Of a stretch of DNA of 64,000 nt, positions 38,513 through 51,900 are shown in pieces. The stretch's first letter is position 1. Every line of letters starts with the position of its first letter. A program made the position numbers and the translations under genes. The notes below the pieces were generated by a model, which had not been told where the DNA came from, did not search any database, and saw only the letters and a program-made list of their open reading frames with translations. This DNA comes from Octopus bimaculoides (Eukaryota): positions 143,733,621 through 143,797,620 of the forward strand of contig NC_068983.1 in NCBI RefSeq assembly GCF_001194135.2, given 5' to 3'.

Positions 38513-39529
38513 TATCATTTTTCCATTCTTGCATAGGTTGAATGAGTCTTTATCTTCAGTCCAGTGTCTCACTATTTGTTATGGTCCTGTCTCATCTGGT
38601 TCCTGAGAATTCAACCTTATATGTACAGCCCTCATCATGTAATGCCAAGAGAGTTCATTAAATCAGATTTCTCTTATCTCTCTGTTTCTCTCTCAGCTGA
38701 TTTGTATGCTGTGGTTCATGTGCACTAATATACATTGTCATTGCTCAATACCCATGTGTAATATTCATGTAATGTTACACAGTGCACACATGCATGTTAC
38801 ACTCTGTGACCTTCTCTTTGAAAATCTTTTTGTTGTTACTTCTAGTTGTAGTAGCTTCTTGATATTTTTTTTTACTTATTCTTGCTTTAGTTACTATGCT
38901 TTTGAAACACCTTTGTCCCATGTAATTTGTCACAATGAGTTGTTCATTGCTGATCTTATTGCAAAACTTATTTCAGTCTGGCATTTATTTTGTCTTTTTT
39001 TTTTTTTTTGTTAAACTGCTTTGTTAAAGGTCAGAAACATCAATATAAAAAAAAATTTTTGTCCAGTGTAAAACATGCTCACACACAAAATTTATTTATA
39101 AAGATCATGGGCTTCTGTGTAGTTTCCATTTACCTAATTGTTCTCACAAGATATTGGTTAAGCTAAACTAAAAGACACTCAAGGTGTCTCACAAATTGTA
39201 TTCATAACCATGCGGTTGTAAAGTAATCTTAATAACTACCTCAACACACACACACACACACGCACACGCACACTCTCTTCTATATGATGTGACTATGGAA
39301 ACTACATACATTATGGTTAATAAACATATTTACTCTAACTTTGGAAATATAATCTCCAGGCAAACCACAGAAAGAATGTAGCTTGCCTAATTTCATATTT
39401 TTTAATACTCATCATTCATGTTTACCTCATCAGTCACTTGCTGAAATCCAGAATGATATAATTTTATACATCTAACAAACTGTCACAAGTATGTTGCTAA
39501 TGAGGTTGTTATATCTGTTGCCTTCTCTG

Positions 39530-40140
39530 TCTCTTGCTCACTCACTCATCCACTCACCCTTGTTCACTCACTACTCAAAACTTGGTCATACATACTCACT
39601 CACTTATGCTCGCTTATTCACTCACACGTGGTCACTCACTCACTCACACTTGCTCATTCACTTATGCTCTTTCATTCACTTAATTACACTTGCTCGCTCA
39701 CTCAATTACTCTTGCTCGCTCACTCAATTACTCTTGCTCGCTCACTCAATTGCTCTTGCTCACTCACTCACTCACTCATTTAATCATTGACTCACTCAAT
39801 CTTGCTCGCTCATTCCTGCTTGCTCACTCATTCACTCACTCTTGCTTGCCCATTCACTGTTGCTCACTCATTCACTCACATTCATTCACTCAATCACTCA
39901 CTCTTCACTCATTCACTCACTCTTCGCTCATTCACTCACTCTTGCTCTCTTACTCATTCTTACTTGCTCACCCCATTCACTCACACACTCACACTTGCTG
40001 ACTCATTCACTCACACACTCTTCTTGTTCACTCACTCACTCACTCACGCTTGCTTGCTTGCTTGCTCACTCTTGCTTGCTCACTCAGTCACTATTCCTTT
40101 CCCTCTTCGCTCTCCCTCTTACTTACTCTCATGCAAATAA
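39530..40140. repeat. Degenerate (CACT/CGCT/CATT)n low-complexity array
   Basis: About 600 bp of tetranucleotide-derived repeat, with a repeated 22-bp unit cttgctcgctcactcaattact near 39689-39760. Confidence 0.85.
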
Positions 40141-41229
40141 ACTCTTCTTCACATACCAAGTCCACCCCTCTTTTACTCCAGTTGTAAATTTATGAACATT
40201 GGTCCTAAGTACTCTACAGTATTCGTTTTGCCCTTTTCACTTCCAAGGTCTGGAATTAGTTTTGTCTTTGATGTTTTGTCTACTGTCTTAGCTTTGGTCA
40301 TTTGAGAGTTGATAAAGTAATTCCTAATTTTAGATCTGCAGAGTTATTGTCATAAGCTAGTACTCCAGGTTACTGGGATTGGAATCAATAAAAATGTGCT
40401 AATTTTGACTGTCATTTTGAATCATTCAACACACTGGAGAAGCATTTATTTGATATCAAGCATATGTTTGAATTAAAACCTTTTATGAAGATCTGGTCAA
40501 CAAAAATATTTCACTCAGAGCTATTGGGCACAAGTGACACTATTAGAAAGTCTACCACTAAACAGTTGCCATTTGAGGAGTTAACATTGGTAGATTCTTG
40601 TTAGAGTTGAAAAGCTTAGCCTATGATCTGACAAAAGTGGAAGACTGATTGTTGAAGGCATTGTATCTTCAGTGAATAAAAGAGAGGCCCTGTTGCTGTT
40701 ATTTATATTGATCCATTGACCAGATCTATGTTTGGAGCAAGCTTCCTGTGAAATGGGTGATATGGGTGTTAGAACAGTACTGTAGCAGATGGAACATAAA
40801 AGCTAATAAAAAGACCTAGAAAGTTTGGAAGATGACATGCGAGATGTTATACAGCTCTTCACTCCATAACAGATGAGTTTAAGATCAGCTGTCTGTGAGA
40901 ACTCTTGTATGCTAAAGGCTTAGTTCTCATTGTTAAATGTCAAAAAGATGAATGAAGAAATCCCGAATGTTGAAGTAGAGACAATAATCAAGTGGTAAAT
41001 CTACCAAAAAAAACAAAAGTTTTAGTTGGGAGCAAAGAAGATAGGACTCTATATTTATTTTGTGAACTGGCTTCATTTGATATGTAGAAAAGGAGTCAGA
41101 TAAGATTTCTATATGGTAAACTTAATGTTAGCTATGGATACAGAAGATGTAAAGGATTGACAGGCAGGCTGACAGAAAACTTCATACATAGCAGATGCAT
41201 AAAAGTGGTTGGCAGTAAGATGACCCATG

Positions 41230-41700
41230 AAATGAATTTTTTTAAAATTCTTGGAAGGCTAGATAACCTTATCAGCCATGGAGGTGAGTATTCCAAAATT
41301 ATAGTTGTCACAGTGAGAAGAACAAATTGGAAAATGTTTAGTTATTACCTCTGCAGGTAATGAAGTAATGAACTGATTACCTCTTGGTGAAGTGTGATAT
41401 TGCATGGTTGTGAAATATGAAGATTGGATATAGAGGATGTGCAAAAGCAGGAAAGGAGTGAAGTAAGCATGCTCTGCTGGATGTATAATGTCAAGTGTAA
41501 TTGCACAATTGAGCATAAATCGGAGTGCAAGAGAGGAGACTGCTTTGGTACAGACATTTGATACATATTGAAAATGACAGTTGAGTAAAAAAGCGCCAAG
41601 CAACCCAGTGGAAGAAAACCTGCAGAAATTGAAGATTGACAAAGGCACGAGGGAAGAGGTGCAAATGGCAAGATATTGTGCTGGGAAAGGTGCCTGCAAC
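41230..41700 (+). pseudogene. Old RTE reverse-transcriptase C-terminal fragment
   Basis: Remnant peptides LDNLISHGG..VTVRRTNWKMF and ERSEVSMLCWMYNV, and a gagaggagactgctttggtacagacat segment resembling RRLRWYGHV. Confidence 0.5.
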
Positions 41701-41743
41701 CCATACAAGGATTGAAAAAGACATAAAATAACACACGCGCACG

Positions 41744-41786
<43 letters not shown>

Positions 41787-42274
41787 TAGTGTTGGACAAA
41801 ATACATGAGTATTGTTTTGTTTTGGGTTCAAATTGCACATCAGTTGAATTTTCCTTTCATTCTTACAAAGTTGATAAAGTAAATACCAGTCAAGTACTGG
41901 GTTGATATAATGATTAGGTGGTATCCAATGACTGTAACCTGTCAAAAAATAAAGAAAGATAAATAGAGGGGAATTGTTAAAAAAAAAGTTATTGATTTAT
42001 AACCTTTATTAACTGTAAGCACATTAGATTTTGTTTTCTCATACTAATTACTTATCAATTACCTAATTTCTAGGCTTCTATATTTCTGCGCTACTCTAAT
42101 CAATTAACAAACAATTCATATTGATTTGATACTTTTTTAAAAAAATCTAAATCATTAATAGATGGGCTAGTATGTTATTTTTCTCTTCTAATTATATGAT
42201 GCATTAGTTGCCAATAAGTATATTAAGTTTGCTTCATAAAAACATGCGTGCGCACACACACACACACACGCACA

Positions 42275-42697
42275 TCACCACCACCACCATCATCATCATC
42301 CTTTTAATGTCCATTTTCCATGCTGGCATGAGTTGGATGGTTTGACATGGAGATAGCCAGTTGGGGAGCTGTCCAGGCTCCAATTGTCTGTTGTGGCGAG
42401 TTTCTATGGCTGGATGCCCTTCCTATTGCCAACCATTCTACAGTGTGCTGTGAGCTATTATTTACTAAATTAAAATGATTGGTACTTCTAATTTGAAATG
42501 TCTTCTTCATCATTGTTTTATTTGTCCTCTTTTCCATAGTTGCATCAGAGTTAAATAGAATTCATTGAGGCAAATTTTCATTGGCTGGATGCCCTTTCAT
42601 GTTACCAACCCTCACCTGTTTCCTCATGTCTGGTCGGACATGTTTATGCAGAAAAGTGGAAATAGACTAAGGCCTACCCACTCATGCACAAACACTT

Positions 42698-42732
<35 letters not shown>

Positions 42733-42905
42733 TGAAAAGTTTCTTTCTGTTTCCATCTACCACATTCATTTACAAGGTTTTTGTTGATTCTAGTTCTATA
42801 GCTTAAAACACCCAAGGTGCTATGCCTGTATATCATGATAAATATGTAGGCTTGTGCCAGTATACTATCATCAATTTTTGTCTGTTTACACTCCCAAGCC
42901 TCAGC
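42275..42905 (-). mobile_element. RTE tail fragment followed by a decayed family A SINE
   Basis: (CAT)n ttttaatgtccattttccatgctggcatg at about 42290; second unit ggctggatgccctttc..accaaccctcacctgtttcc, CA repeat and head remnants to about 42905. Confidence 0.55.
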
Positions 42906-43004
42906 CATTAGTAGAGAGGTTTGGAGTCCAGCTTTTGCTTTTGTAACAGTATTAAAAATGTATTGTTTTTTATTGCCATTAGGGGTACACAGTCCTTTCT
43001 GCTA

Positions 43005-43207
43005 TAGGCACAAGGCCTGAAATTTGGTGGGAGGGGGCTAGTCGATTATACTGACCTCAGTACTTAATGGGTACTTATTTCATTTACCCTAAAAAGATGA
43101 AAGGTAAAGTCAATCTTGGCAGAATTTGAACTTAGAATGTCAAGGCAAATGAAATGTTGCCTAGCATTTTGTCTGGTGTGCTAACAATTCTGCCAGCTCA
43201 CCGCCTT
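43005..43207 (-). mobile_element. Family B tRNA-derived SINE
   Basis: Reverse complement of the 10241 family: gatgaaaggtaaagtcaatcttggcagaatttgaactt...gctaacaattctgccagctcaccgcctt. Confidence 0.75.
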
Positions 43208-43483
43208 AAAGTGGGGGTACACAATTATGTGATTTATTATATATTCGATTAATTACAATTTTTCTTTTTCTCTGATTCATCGTTACTGATTTTCTAGTCC
43301 CTTGTCAACAGTTATGTTGTTATCTTAGTTGACTGTGATCAAAAGTGTAACTAATTTGCCTTTTTTTTTTATATATCACATTGTCCAGTGTATCCTTCTT
43401 TAATATATTAGGTTGTGATGTGGTGAACTTTGGCTACCATTTTTAACAGAGTGATTGTTTAAAAGCTATCTTGTTGGGGTGTC

Positions 43484-43514
<31 letters not shown>

Positions 43515-44490
43515 GTTTCTTCTCATTTTCTCTCTTCACAAACTAGAAGGTTTGAAGCTAGATAAATTGTTGCAGATTCCAGTTGTTGGTATTCTGAATT
43601 CTTTATGCTTCAACTTAAATTTGAATCATAAAATGTTAAATGAAAGGAGTGTTGGTCAGTTAGTGAATGGCTGGTGGTTTGTATTCTGCTGCTGCACTGT
43701 GTTCATGGTTAAAGCAACTTTTCTGCCTAGCAGAAAGTGAATATTCACTGTAAGATAACATTTATTAATAGTGTCATCATTGTGAAATTAATGTTTTCTG
43801 TATTATTACTTTGCATGTCTGTCTAAAGTTGTTTATGTGAGAATAGTTTACAGATGGGTATCTTCACTATCAAATTGATTCACTCTAGATGTGCATTGTG
43901 AAGGCAAAATGGTTTCAGTTGTGCCTAAGGAAACTGTTTTAGAACTAGTCAGATTCTCAGCCTTAGCTCAAATGTGTATGTATTTGTCCAAATATTTTAC
44001 CCAGCTATTGTATAAATTTCCTTATAACATAGATTATCAGAAGGCTTTGTTGAATTATACTCTTAGTTGTCTACATGTTTGTTTCTTGAATTTAAGTCTT
44101 AATTTTTAATCTGTTGTTAGGTGAACAGTCTCATTAGATAGACTTTATTATTTCCCTCCTTATTTGTGTAATTATAATAATAATAATAATAATTTTATTT
44201 TTTTAGAACTCTTTCACATGAAAAATGTATGTAGAATTAATATATTTTTTGTTTTTATTTCACAGTAAAACATACTAATGATTTCATGTACAAGCATACA
44301 ATTATAACACATTTATGTGTTTGTGTGTATGTTGGCAATTATAAAACTGTATTTGATAATGTTTTATTTTTTAAATAAACAATTAGCAATTTTACCTAAT
44401 GTTAGCTTTTTCACCTAATGTACAGCATTTTCTTGCTCTTCTCATTTGGTGATTTGTATTCCTACTGGACTCTTTTCTTTTTCTGTCCAG

Positions 44491-44644
44491 AAATGAAGGA
44501 AGATTACGAGGATTGTACAAAGGATTTCCAGTCTACATGGTTCATGTCACTCCCAACATATGCATCGTTTTACTAGTTTACGAGTACATCACTTCACTTC
44601 ATCAGGCGAACCATTCAGTGAAATCAGACCAATGGAAAACTTGA
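44491..44644 (+). CDS. SLC25A32: SLC25A32-like carrier terminal coding exon (probably exon 7)
   Basis: Pyrimidine tract plus tccag acceptor. Translates (R)NEGRLRGLYKGFPVYMVHVTPNICIVLLVYEYITSLHQANHSVKSDQWKT, with TGA at 44642-44644. The phase matches the previous exon. Confidence 0.93.
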
Positions 44645-44675
44645 AACGGTAACAAGGTCTGTGTTAAAAACAAAC

Positions 44676-45008
44676 AATAAATAGATTGAAAAAAAAAAAA
44701 GAAAAAAAGAAAAAGGGAAAAAAATAAAGCAAAGAAAGAAAGCAAACATTCACTGGTCCTTCAGATGGTACCCTTCTCAAAACATTGAAATTAACCTTTC
44801 TGAAAGGGCATAGTTGACCTATTTTATTACCTAGCTTTGACAAATATCATTACTAAAAATCATTTATGTCATTTTCATTAATTTTGTCTTTCACATTTAA
44901 TATTTTGTTTCACATTATTATTATTATTATAATTATTTATTATTATTATTATTACTACTACTACTACTACAACTACTACTACTAATCATCATTATTTATA
45001 TTAATAAA
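44676..45008 (+). terminator. Candidate polyadenylation signals of the carrier gene
   Basis: AATAAA occurs at 44676, 44723 and 45003 downstream of the stop codon. AT-rich DNA gives many chance hits, so the real site is unknown. Confidence 0.3.
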
Positions 45009-48000
45009 AAAGAAAGAATTGCATGTATTTCTTTTTTTTTCCTGTTTTTTTGGTTAAAGCTCCTCTTCATGCTCTTAAACCAATGACCTTTTCAGATGAA
45101 TCATTAGATGAACATTTCGATATATTTCTGAAGGGTGGGAGTGGGGGACATAGCTATCTCCAATATTTAGGTATCAATAATTGTACTTTTGGCTGCGACA
45201 TTTCCTCTAAAAGGTACTACTATCCCCAAAACACAAAGTTAATAATATTAATAGTAATGATAATAGCGGTAAAACCAATAATAATGGTGATAATGATAGC
45301 AATGAGAATATTAATAACAATGCTGATGACTTTCAGTTTTTCAGAACACACTTCCTTAATTTTTGATATTAGTAACTATTTGGTAAACTCCTTTAGTTTT
45401 ATTAAAAAAATAGATTGCTGATGATAATAATAATAATGATAATGATATTGTCTGCAAACTATCACCTGAGCATGAGGTTTTACTCTCTTTGCTTCTGCAT
45501 CTTTCAAGGTCTTGGCTGATATTTATTTTCTTCTCACACAGTAAGATTTCTTGCTTAACTTTGTTTATTTTTTTTAATGTTTGTAAACTTTTATCACATC
45601 AGAATAACCTCCTTTTCCAATTCCTTCATATGGCATTAAAAAAAATCTTACTGAAAATAAAATAAAATAAAATAAAATATAGCATGATTTGAGCTGGATG
45701 GAATGGAAAGAAGTGTAGTTCAAAAAGACAAAGAAAACCCACATGAATTTAGTTTCATTATTGTTCATTTTATTTGTGTATATTTATCATAGAATATATT
45801 ATGATTTTAGTAGTTGTCAAATTTGATATCATAACCAACTCATTCATTTCACTACCCCGCGCCTTGTAGTTATATTTTAATTGTTTAAATTCAATATATT
45901 TATGACTATTAGTTTCACCAATAATTCTTGCTTTTAAGCAATAATAAACCCGTGCCTTTATAAGGTGTGTAGTTTCTGCTACGTAGTTGAATATCTAATA
46001 TGTCATAGACTTTGGTAATCCTTTTCTTTTGTTTTAACTGTCCCTTTTTAAAGAATTTATCAATGTTTTGTTTCAATGTATCTGCAACTTTTCTTAGCCA
46101 TTCCACCATATTATTACCCATTAACAATGACAATACTGTAAGCTATGAAACTGGTTTGTAGTTCACTGAAATCTTTGTAGTGTTTTATGAAGTAGTTGTA
46201 CTTATCAGAAATGTATATTTAAAAAAATTGAAGTGTTTGTGTATGTTAGACCATGTACATGTATTCTACTGATGATGTTTTAATAAGGATTTGAGTGGGC
46301 AAAAGGCAAGTTATTGAAGGCATGATGTTCAGTATATTTCATTGACCTCAGACTCATGAGGAAAGAAAATGAAAATATGACATTGATGATTGTTTTATGA
46401 ATAAAAATGTGTTATTTTCTGACACTTGTGTGAAGTAGGAATAATAGCAGTTCTTTTATATATGTGCAGGGCTTTAAATTGTTAAGAAGGAGCAAAACAT
46501 GCTTGGTGCCTCAGAGAGAAGACAGACAATAATATTCTCTTAGACACACACAACTGGTTGTTAAAGGGGAAATGCTGTGTTAATTACATCAAGTACAATA
46601 TATTGATGGTACTTGTTTAATAAATCTTGGAAGGATGACAAGCAAAGCTAGACTTTGCCATGATTTGAAGATATGAAATGAAGTACTGTAAAACATTGAA
46701 TCATGTGCTATATTGTGCTCATCATTTACCTTGGTTTATATTTGAATTTAGAAGTGAATATATAGATTTGTGGAGTTTGTTGGAATCAGTAAAGCACATG
46801 TCTTCTGTTCTGAGTTCAAAAATTAATTAGCTAATTAATTACGCTCTTTCTTTACCAAAATTAACCTTGTTCTCAATCAAATAAACCAATAATATAATTA
46901 CAATGAGAACTGTAGAGTTAATAAACAGGTTAGTTAAAATTAGTGTGATTAGTGTGACTACAAACAAGAATTAGATGTGAGATAACACCATTTATATACT
47001 AATTTTCTATGGGAAAAGTCATATATTTCGTTCTCTCTTTATAAATCTGAGGCACCATAATGCAATTCTAAGTGATTATTAATAACGGCAATGTTGTGAT
47101 TATTTCTTTGTTTTTTAATTGGCCCTGAAGATAATTGTTATTGTTTGAGTTTTGAAATCTTGACACTAATAATTTTGTTTTAAATTTTGAATGGAAGTAG
47201 CTTTTATAAAAATATTCTTTTAAAGATGTTCACAGGCCTGATTATGTGGTTAAGAAGTTTGCTCTGCAACCATGTAGTACTAAGTTTTGCTACACTGTCT
47301 TCTTCTGCATTAGTCTTGGTTTGATCTGCACCTTGTAAGTGGAATTTGCTAGATATAAATTGTGTTTAGAGCCCATCGTGTGTGTGTGTGTGTGTGTGTG
47401 TGTGTTTATATAGCTTACCCATATTATATTGGTGAAGGTGTAAACATCAGCAAAAACTGATGCTCTTCAAATGAAGTCTTTCCCACTCAGATAATAGATG
47501 CTCTCTTGTTCTATTCTATCTTCTCTCATTGTCGGAAATGCAATGAAACAGTCATTAGCCATTGGAAACCAGTAACCAACGACATTATTATTCACAAATG
47601 AATAAATAAAAGTTACCAAGCAATTAGTGAGTTATTGGAATTTAAAAAGAAAATAAAAGCCAAAAAGAACTACAGACATAGTTTTTTACTGGTTGGCACT
47701 GGAAAGAACCAGAACATGGGGAAAAGGTCATTATTAATTAAAATTAATGCTGAATGCAGTTGATTTTTGAGTGAGGGAGATTATTTGGGATCATATCTTA
47801 GGATACAACTTATATTTTATATCTTTAGAGTTTGGCAGTAGTGTTCACATATGCATGTTAAGTATATGTGTGAACACACCCACCCATACAGCACGTGTGT
47901 CTACATGTGCACACACATCTTTCAAATGTATAAAAGCATGCAGGGTGCAGTGTTTAAGATCATAATTTTATTGATAGCAACTTCAGTTTTGATCATTTTT

Positions 48001-48809
48001 TTTTTGTGTCTTGTTAGAAATAAGGTGAGTTAGGATTGATGAACATGCAGTCATTATTTAATTTTGGAATGTTGCTTTACTTCATACTTTGAACAAGCTA
48101 CAAATTGGGGAGCTTATTCATCCCTCTTCTTTGTTGGATGGGGATGACTTGACTCTGACTTCCACTTGCTTAGTGTTTAATATAAAGTTTCTTTTCTCTT
48201 TTTGTTGTTGTCTTATTTTGCATTTAAAGTAGGATAGTGTTTCTAGTTGTTTTACATCCTTTGACCTTCAGAAGTTTTTTGATATTTTGATTCAAAATAT
48301 ATATAAATTTTCAGCAACATTTTCTAAACATTAATGCAGAAAAGACTCATAGGTTACATGTTGATGAAACACTTTTAACTCAGTGCTTCTTTATGCTGTC
48401 ATTTGTAGTTGGTTAGTTTGTTTATATAAATGTTAGGGTAGATCAATAATATTCTGCCATCTATGTCTTGTGTATTAAACCTTACAGAAATTGTATGTAC
48501 ATATCTCTCTCTCACATATGCATGTATGTACACATGCACATGAATATAGCCATTTTCATAAAACAAGGAGCTCTGAGTAATGTCAGTCTAAAATTTTACA
48601 TGTATTGAATGAGATATCTTCCAACCGTGTGTGTGTGTACCTGTATCGTTTTCTGAATAAAGGTAATGCATGTCTTAAGTGTATAAATGAATCCAAATAA
48701 CAAATCCATTTGTGATATAAATCTTATTTCTATGATGGCCAGCTGAAAATGGGTTCATATATGTTGTATGTACTATATTTCAATTTTATGGCTTTGATTT
48801 TTGAGATAG

Positions 48810-48912
48810 CTTGCTCTGTCTGTAGCACTAAGACTTGCTCTGTCTGTAGCACTAAGACTTGCTCTGTCTGTAGCACTAAGACTTGCTCTGTCTGTAGCAC
48901 TAAGACTTGCTC
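48810..48912. repeat. Perfect 24-bp minisatellite, about 4.3 copies
   Basis: Unit ttgctctgtctgtagcactaagac at 48811, 48835, 48859 and 48883, plus a partial copy. Confidence 0.97.
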
Positions 48913-51900
48913 TTGATTGTGTATGTGATATGTATGGTGCATACATACACACATGCTTAGTTTGGATAGAATCTGTACTTTAAAACTTTGTAGATTTTAT
49001 GCTGTTGGTGGCAATAATAACAGTGGGATTTGAAATCAAGGAACTTTATTCTTTTGTTTTGTGATATCTAATTTCAAATGTATATATAGCACTGTATATT
49101 CAATACTCTTCAAAAGTTATTTCAACACAAGTTTTTCTTTTCATTTTCATACAATTTTTTTAAAGAAATTTTTTCTATTTTAGAGTTTCAGTAGTGTTTG
49201 TATTTTATTTCATTTTGCTATAGTAGTTTGTTAAACATTTACAACTAGTAATTTTGGTTATTTTAATGCACTTTTGTCTTATTTGTGTTTATTGCTAATA
49301 GATCTAAATAATCTTTGGAATCAAATGGTTAACAACTGAAATCAAAAAGCAAATGTATTTTGCAAATTTAATTAATCAATCAACTTAATGTTGTTTGTGT
49401 CATATAAACTGACAAATATTGTGGAGTTAGAAACAGTTGTAATCAGCTGTATATAACCAATCTGTTCATGATTCCAGTTTGTAGTCACTTCATTCCTTAT
49501 ATGATTAATATATTATGGAAAGGGACGCACATCACCTCACATCTCAGCTTTGCTTATCCTAAATCTCTTTGCTTATACATATGTATTAAAAAAAAAATTA
49601 TACAAAATATAACTCCTTAATGTATATTTAATCATTTAGGAAATTTTTTAAAATTCATTTCTTGGAGTTTTTTGTAGTCTGAGAAATCATGGAATTTAAT
49701 AATTACAAATATTAAGAAATATGCTACAGATATTTTTGAGAAAGACAATTATGTTTTTAGTTTCATTCCTTTTCCCCTACAAATCTGATGCCTTATGTTT
49801 TTATAGAAAATCATCTGGAGAATTGGTTTGACAATTTTGGCCAGTCATGTCTTTGTGAATGGTAATTGTGGCAGCGTTCTTTGCAAATTGCTTTTTCAAA
49901 ATATGGTTTAAAAGTTATACAGATTCATTTAAAGATTTCTGTTATTGTCAATGCTGGTCAATGTATAAAGTATGATGTGCCAGCTCTAGTCATTCCTCAG
50001 TTTTGACTACTTTGGCATATTTAACACTCATAAACATCACTTCTATCTTATCTTAGAAGAAAAGTTTTTGCCTTTATTGTATCATGACATTATGATGTAA
50101 TAGTTTATAGTCTATAAAATAGGTTCACTAGTGTGAGTCGGAAGTACTTTACAAATTTGTAGTGTTGTGTACAAATCTTACAATAGATCTAGCTTGGAGA
50201 GGGATGGACCTTTTCATATTTGATTTTAGACTCTTAACATGAAGAAGTTTTCAGTAGTGCATTAATGACTCAATTGATTATGGTTATGGAATGTATGTAT
50301 TCAAGTTCACTTATTCTTGCCAAAGGTAACACAGTAAAAACAAAACAGAACATTATTTTGAATTCGGATAGTTTTTCTTTGTATGGTTTGTTACCTTAAA
50401 ATTAAACTCTATGCAACCAAATGTTCAAGCACTGCATGAGTCAGGAGAAATTAGGGAAACTTACTCCAGAACTTTATGCATGCATCATATTTAGTGTCAC
50501 AATTATCTGCCAGAGGTCATCTTGTTTTAAATTTTGATAATTATCACCAGACTCTGTTCTAATCCTCTCTGTTTTGGCTGCAATATTTATCAAGCCAGGA
50601 ACTTCTCCAAATAGTTATCCAAAACTAGTTTTGATAATATAATTTAAAACAATAATCTCTTTGAAATACAACCCAGAATCTTTCATTAGCTGTAGATTTG
50701 TCATTTTAAAAAAATTACTTTCTTGATATTATTTTACTTTTCAACTATGTTAGAGGATCTACTTCACTGGTGTAGAAAACACTTCAACTTTATATCATTC
50801 ATAAAATCAGTGTTGTTATCCTAGAATGCATTCATATCCAAAATTTTGAAACTATTTGATTAGGGACCAATGCAGTGCAAATGGTAGGGAAACATTAGTT
50901 GTACTGCTTGTGTGTGTGTGTGTGTGTTGCGTATATCTAATTGCAAGTTTCATTCTTTATTTTGTTGTATCTGCAATGATATGAAATCCAGAATTCAGCA
51001 TGCAATATTTCTGATGAGTAAATACAAACATGTATACACTGTTAAATGAATGCAGACTTAGATTTACTCATTCATGATCATTATGCTCCCAAAATTTGAT
51101 AACATTAAAGAACATTTCTTATAGATACAGTCTTGTGTCATTATAGTGAAATTTATAGGGGAAACAAAAAAAAAAAGGAGACAAGATCTAATTTATGTCC
51201 TATTTATGTTGTACAGTCTTGCTAATTAGGTTTGTTGCCCACTTAATTTCTAATTAGTATTCTTTGGGCATTTAAAAATGTTTGTCACAAATTTCTTTCT
51301 CTTAAAATGTTTGCACCATTTGTATTGGAATTCATGTGGAGTATTTTTGTTTCAAAATTTAGTNNNNNNNNNNNNNNNNNNNNNNNNNNNNNNNNNNNNN
51401 NNNNNNNNNNNNNNNNNNNNNNNNNNNNNNNNNNNNNNNNNNNNNNNNNNNNNNNNNNNNNNNNNNNNNNNNNNNNNNNNNNNNNNNNNNNNNNNNNNNN
51501 NNNNNNNNNNNNNNNNNNNNNNNNNNNNNNNNNNNNNNNNNNNNNNNNNNNNNNNNNNNNNNNNNNNNNNNNNNNNNNNNNNNNNNNNNNNNNNNNNNNN
51601 NNNNNNNNNNNNNNNNNNNNNNNNNNNNNNNNNNNNNNNNNNNNNNNNNNNNNNNNNNNNNNNNNNNNNNNNNNNNNNNNNNNNNNNNNNNNNNNNNNNN
51701 NNNNNNNNNNNNNNNNNNNNNNNNNNNNNNNNNNNNNNNNNNNNNNNNNNNNNNNNNNNNNNNNNNNNNNNNNNNNNNNNNNNNNNNNNNNNNNNNNNNN
51801 NNNNNNNNNNNNNNNNNNNNNNNNNNNNNNNNNNNNNNNNNNNNNNNNNNNNNNNNNNNNNNNNNNNNNNNNNNNNNNNNNNNNNNNNNNNNNNNNNNNN

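Noticed and set aside
39491-40195. Several 99-117 aa His/Ser/Leu-rich ORFs
   Set aside because: They are translations of the (CACT)n low-complexity array.
47419-47600. Minus-strand frame NVVGYWFP...YYLSGKDFI*RASVFADVYTFTNIIW ending at a gtaagc donor, faintly like kinase subdomain IX, with an in-frame TGA (selenocysteine idea)
   Set aside because: No credible acceptor, no SECIS recognised, the phase is incompatible with the 45915 candidate, and the motif similarity is weak. Chance is the simpler explanation.
48810-48912. CRISPR-like array
   Set aside because: The repeats are directly adjacent with no spacers, the context is eukaryotic, and there are no cas genes.
49806-50720. Short open frames with splice-like flanks on both strands
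   Set aside because: Stops interrupt the candidate frames or no consistent chain of exons can be built; no recognisable family.
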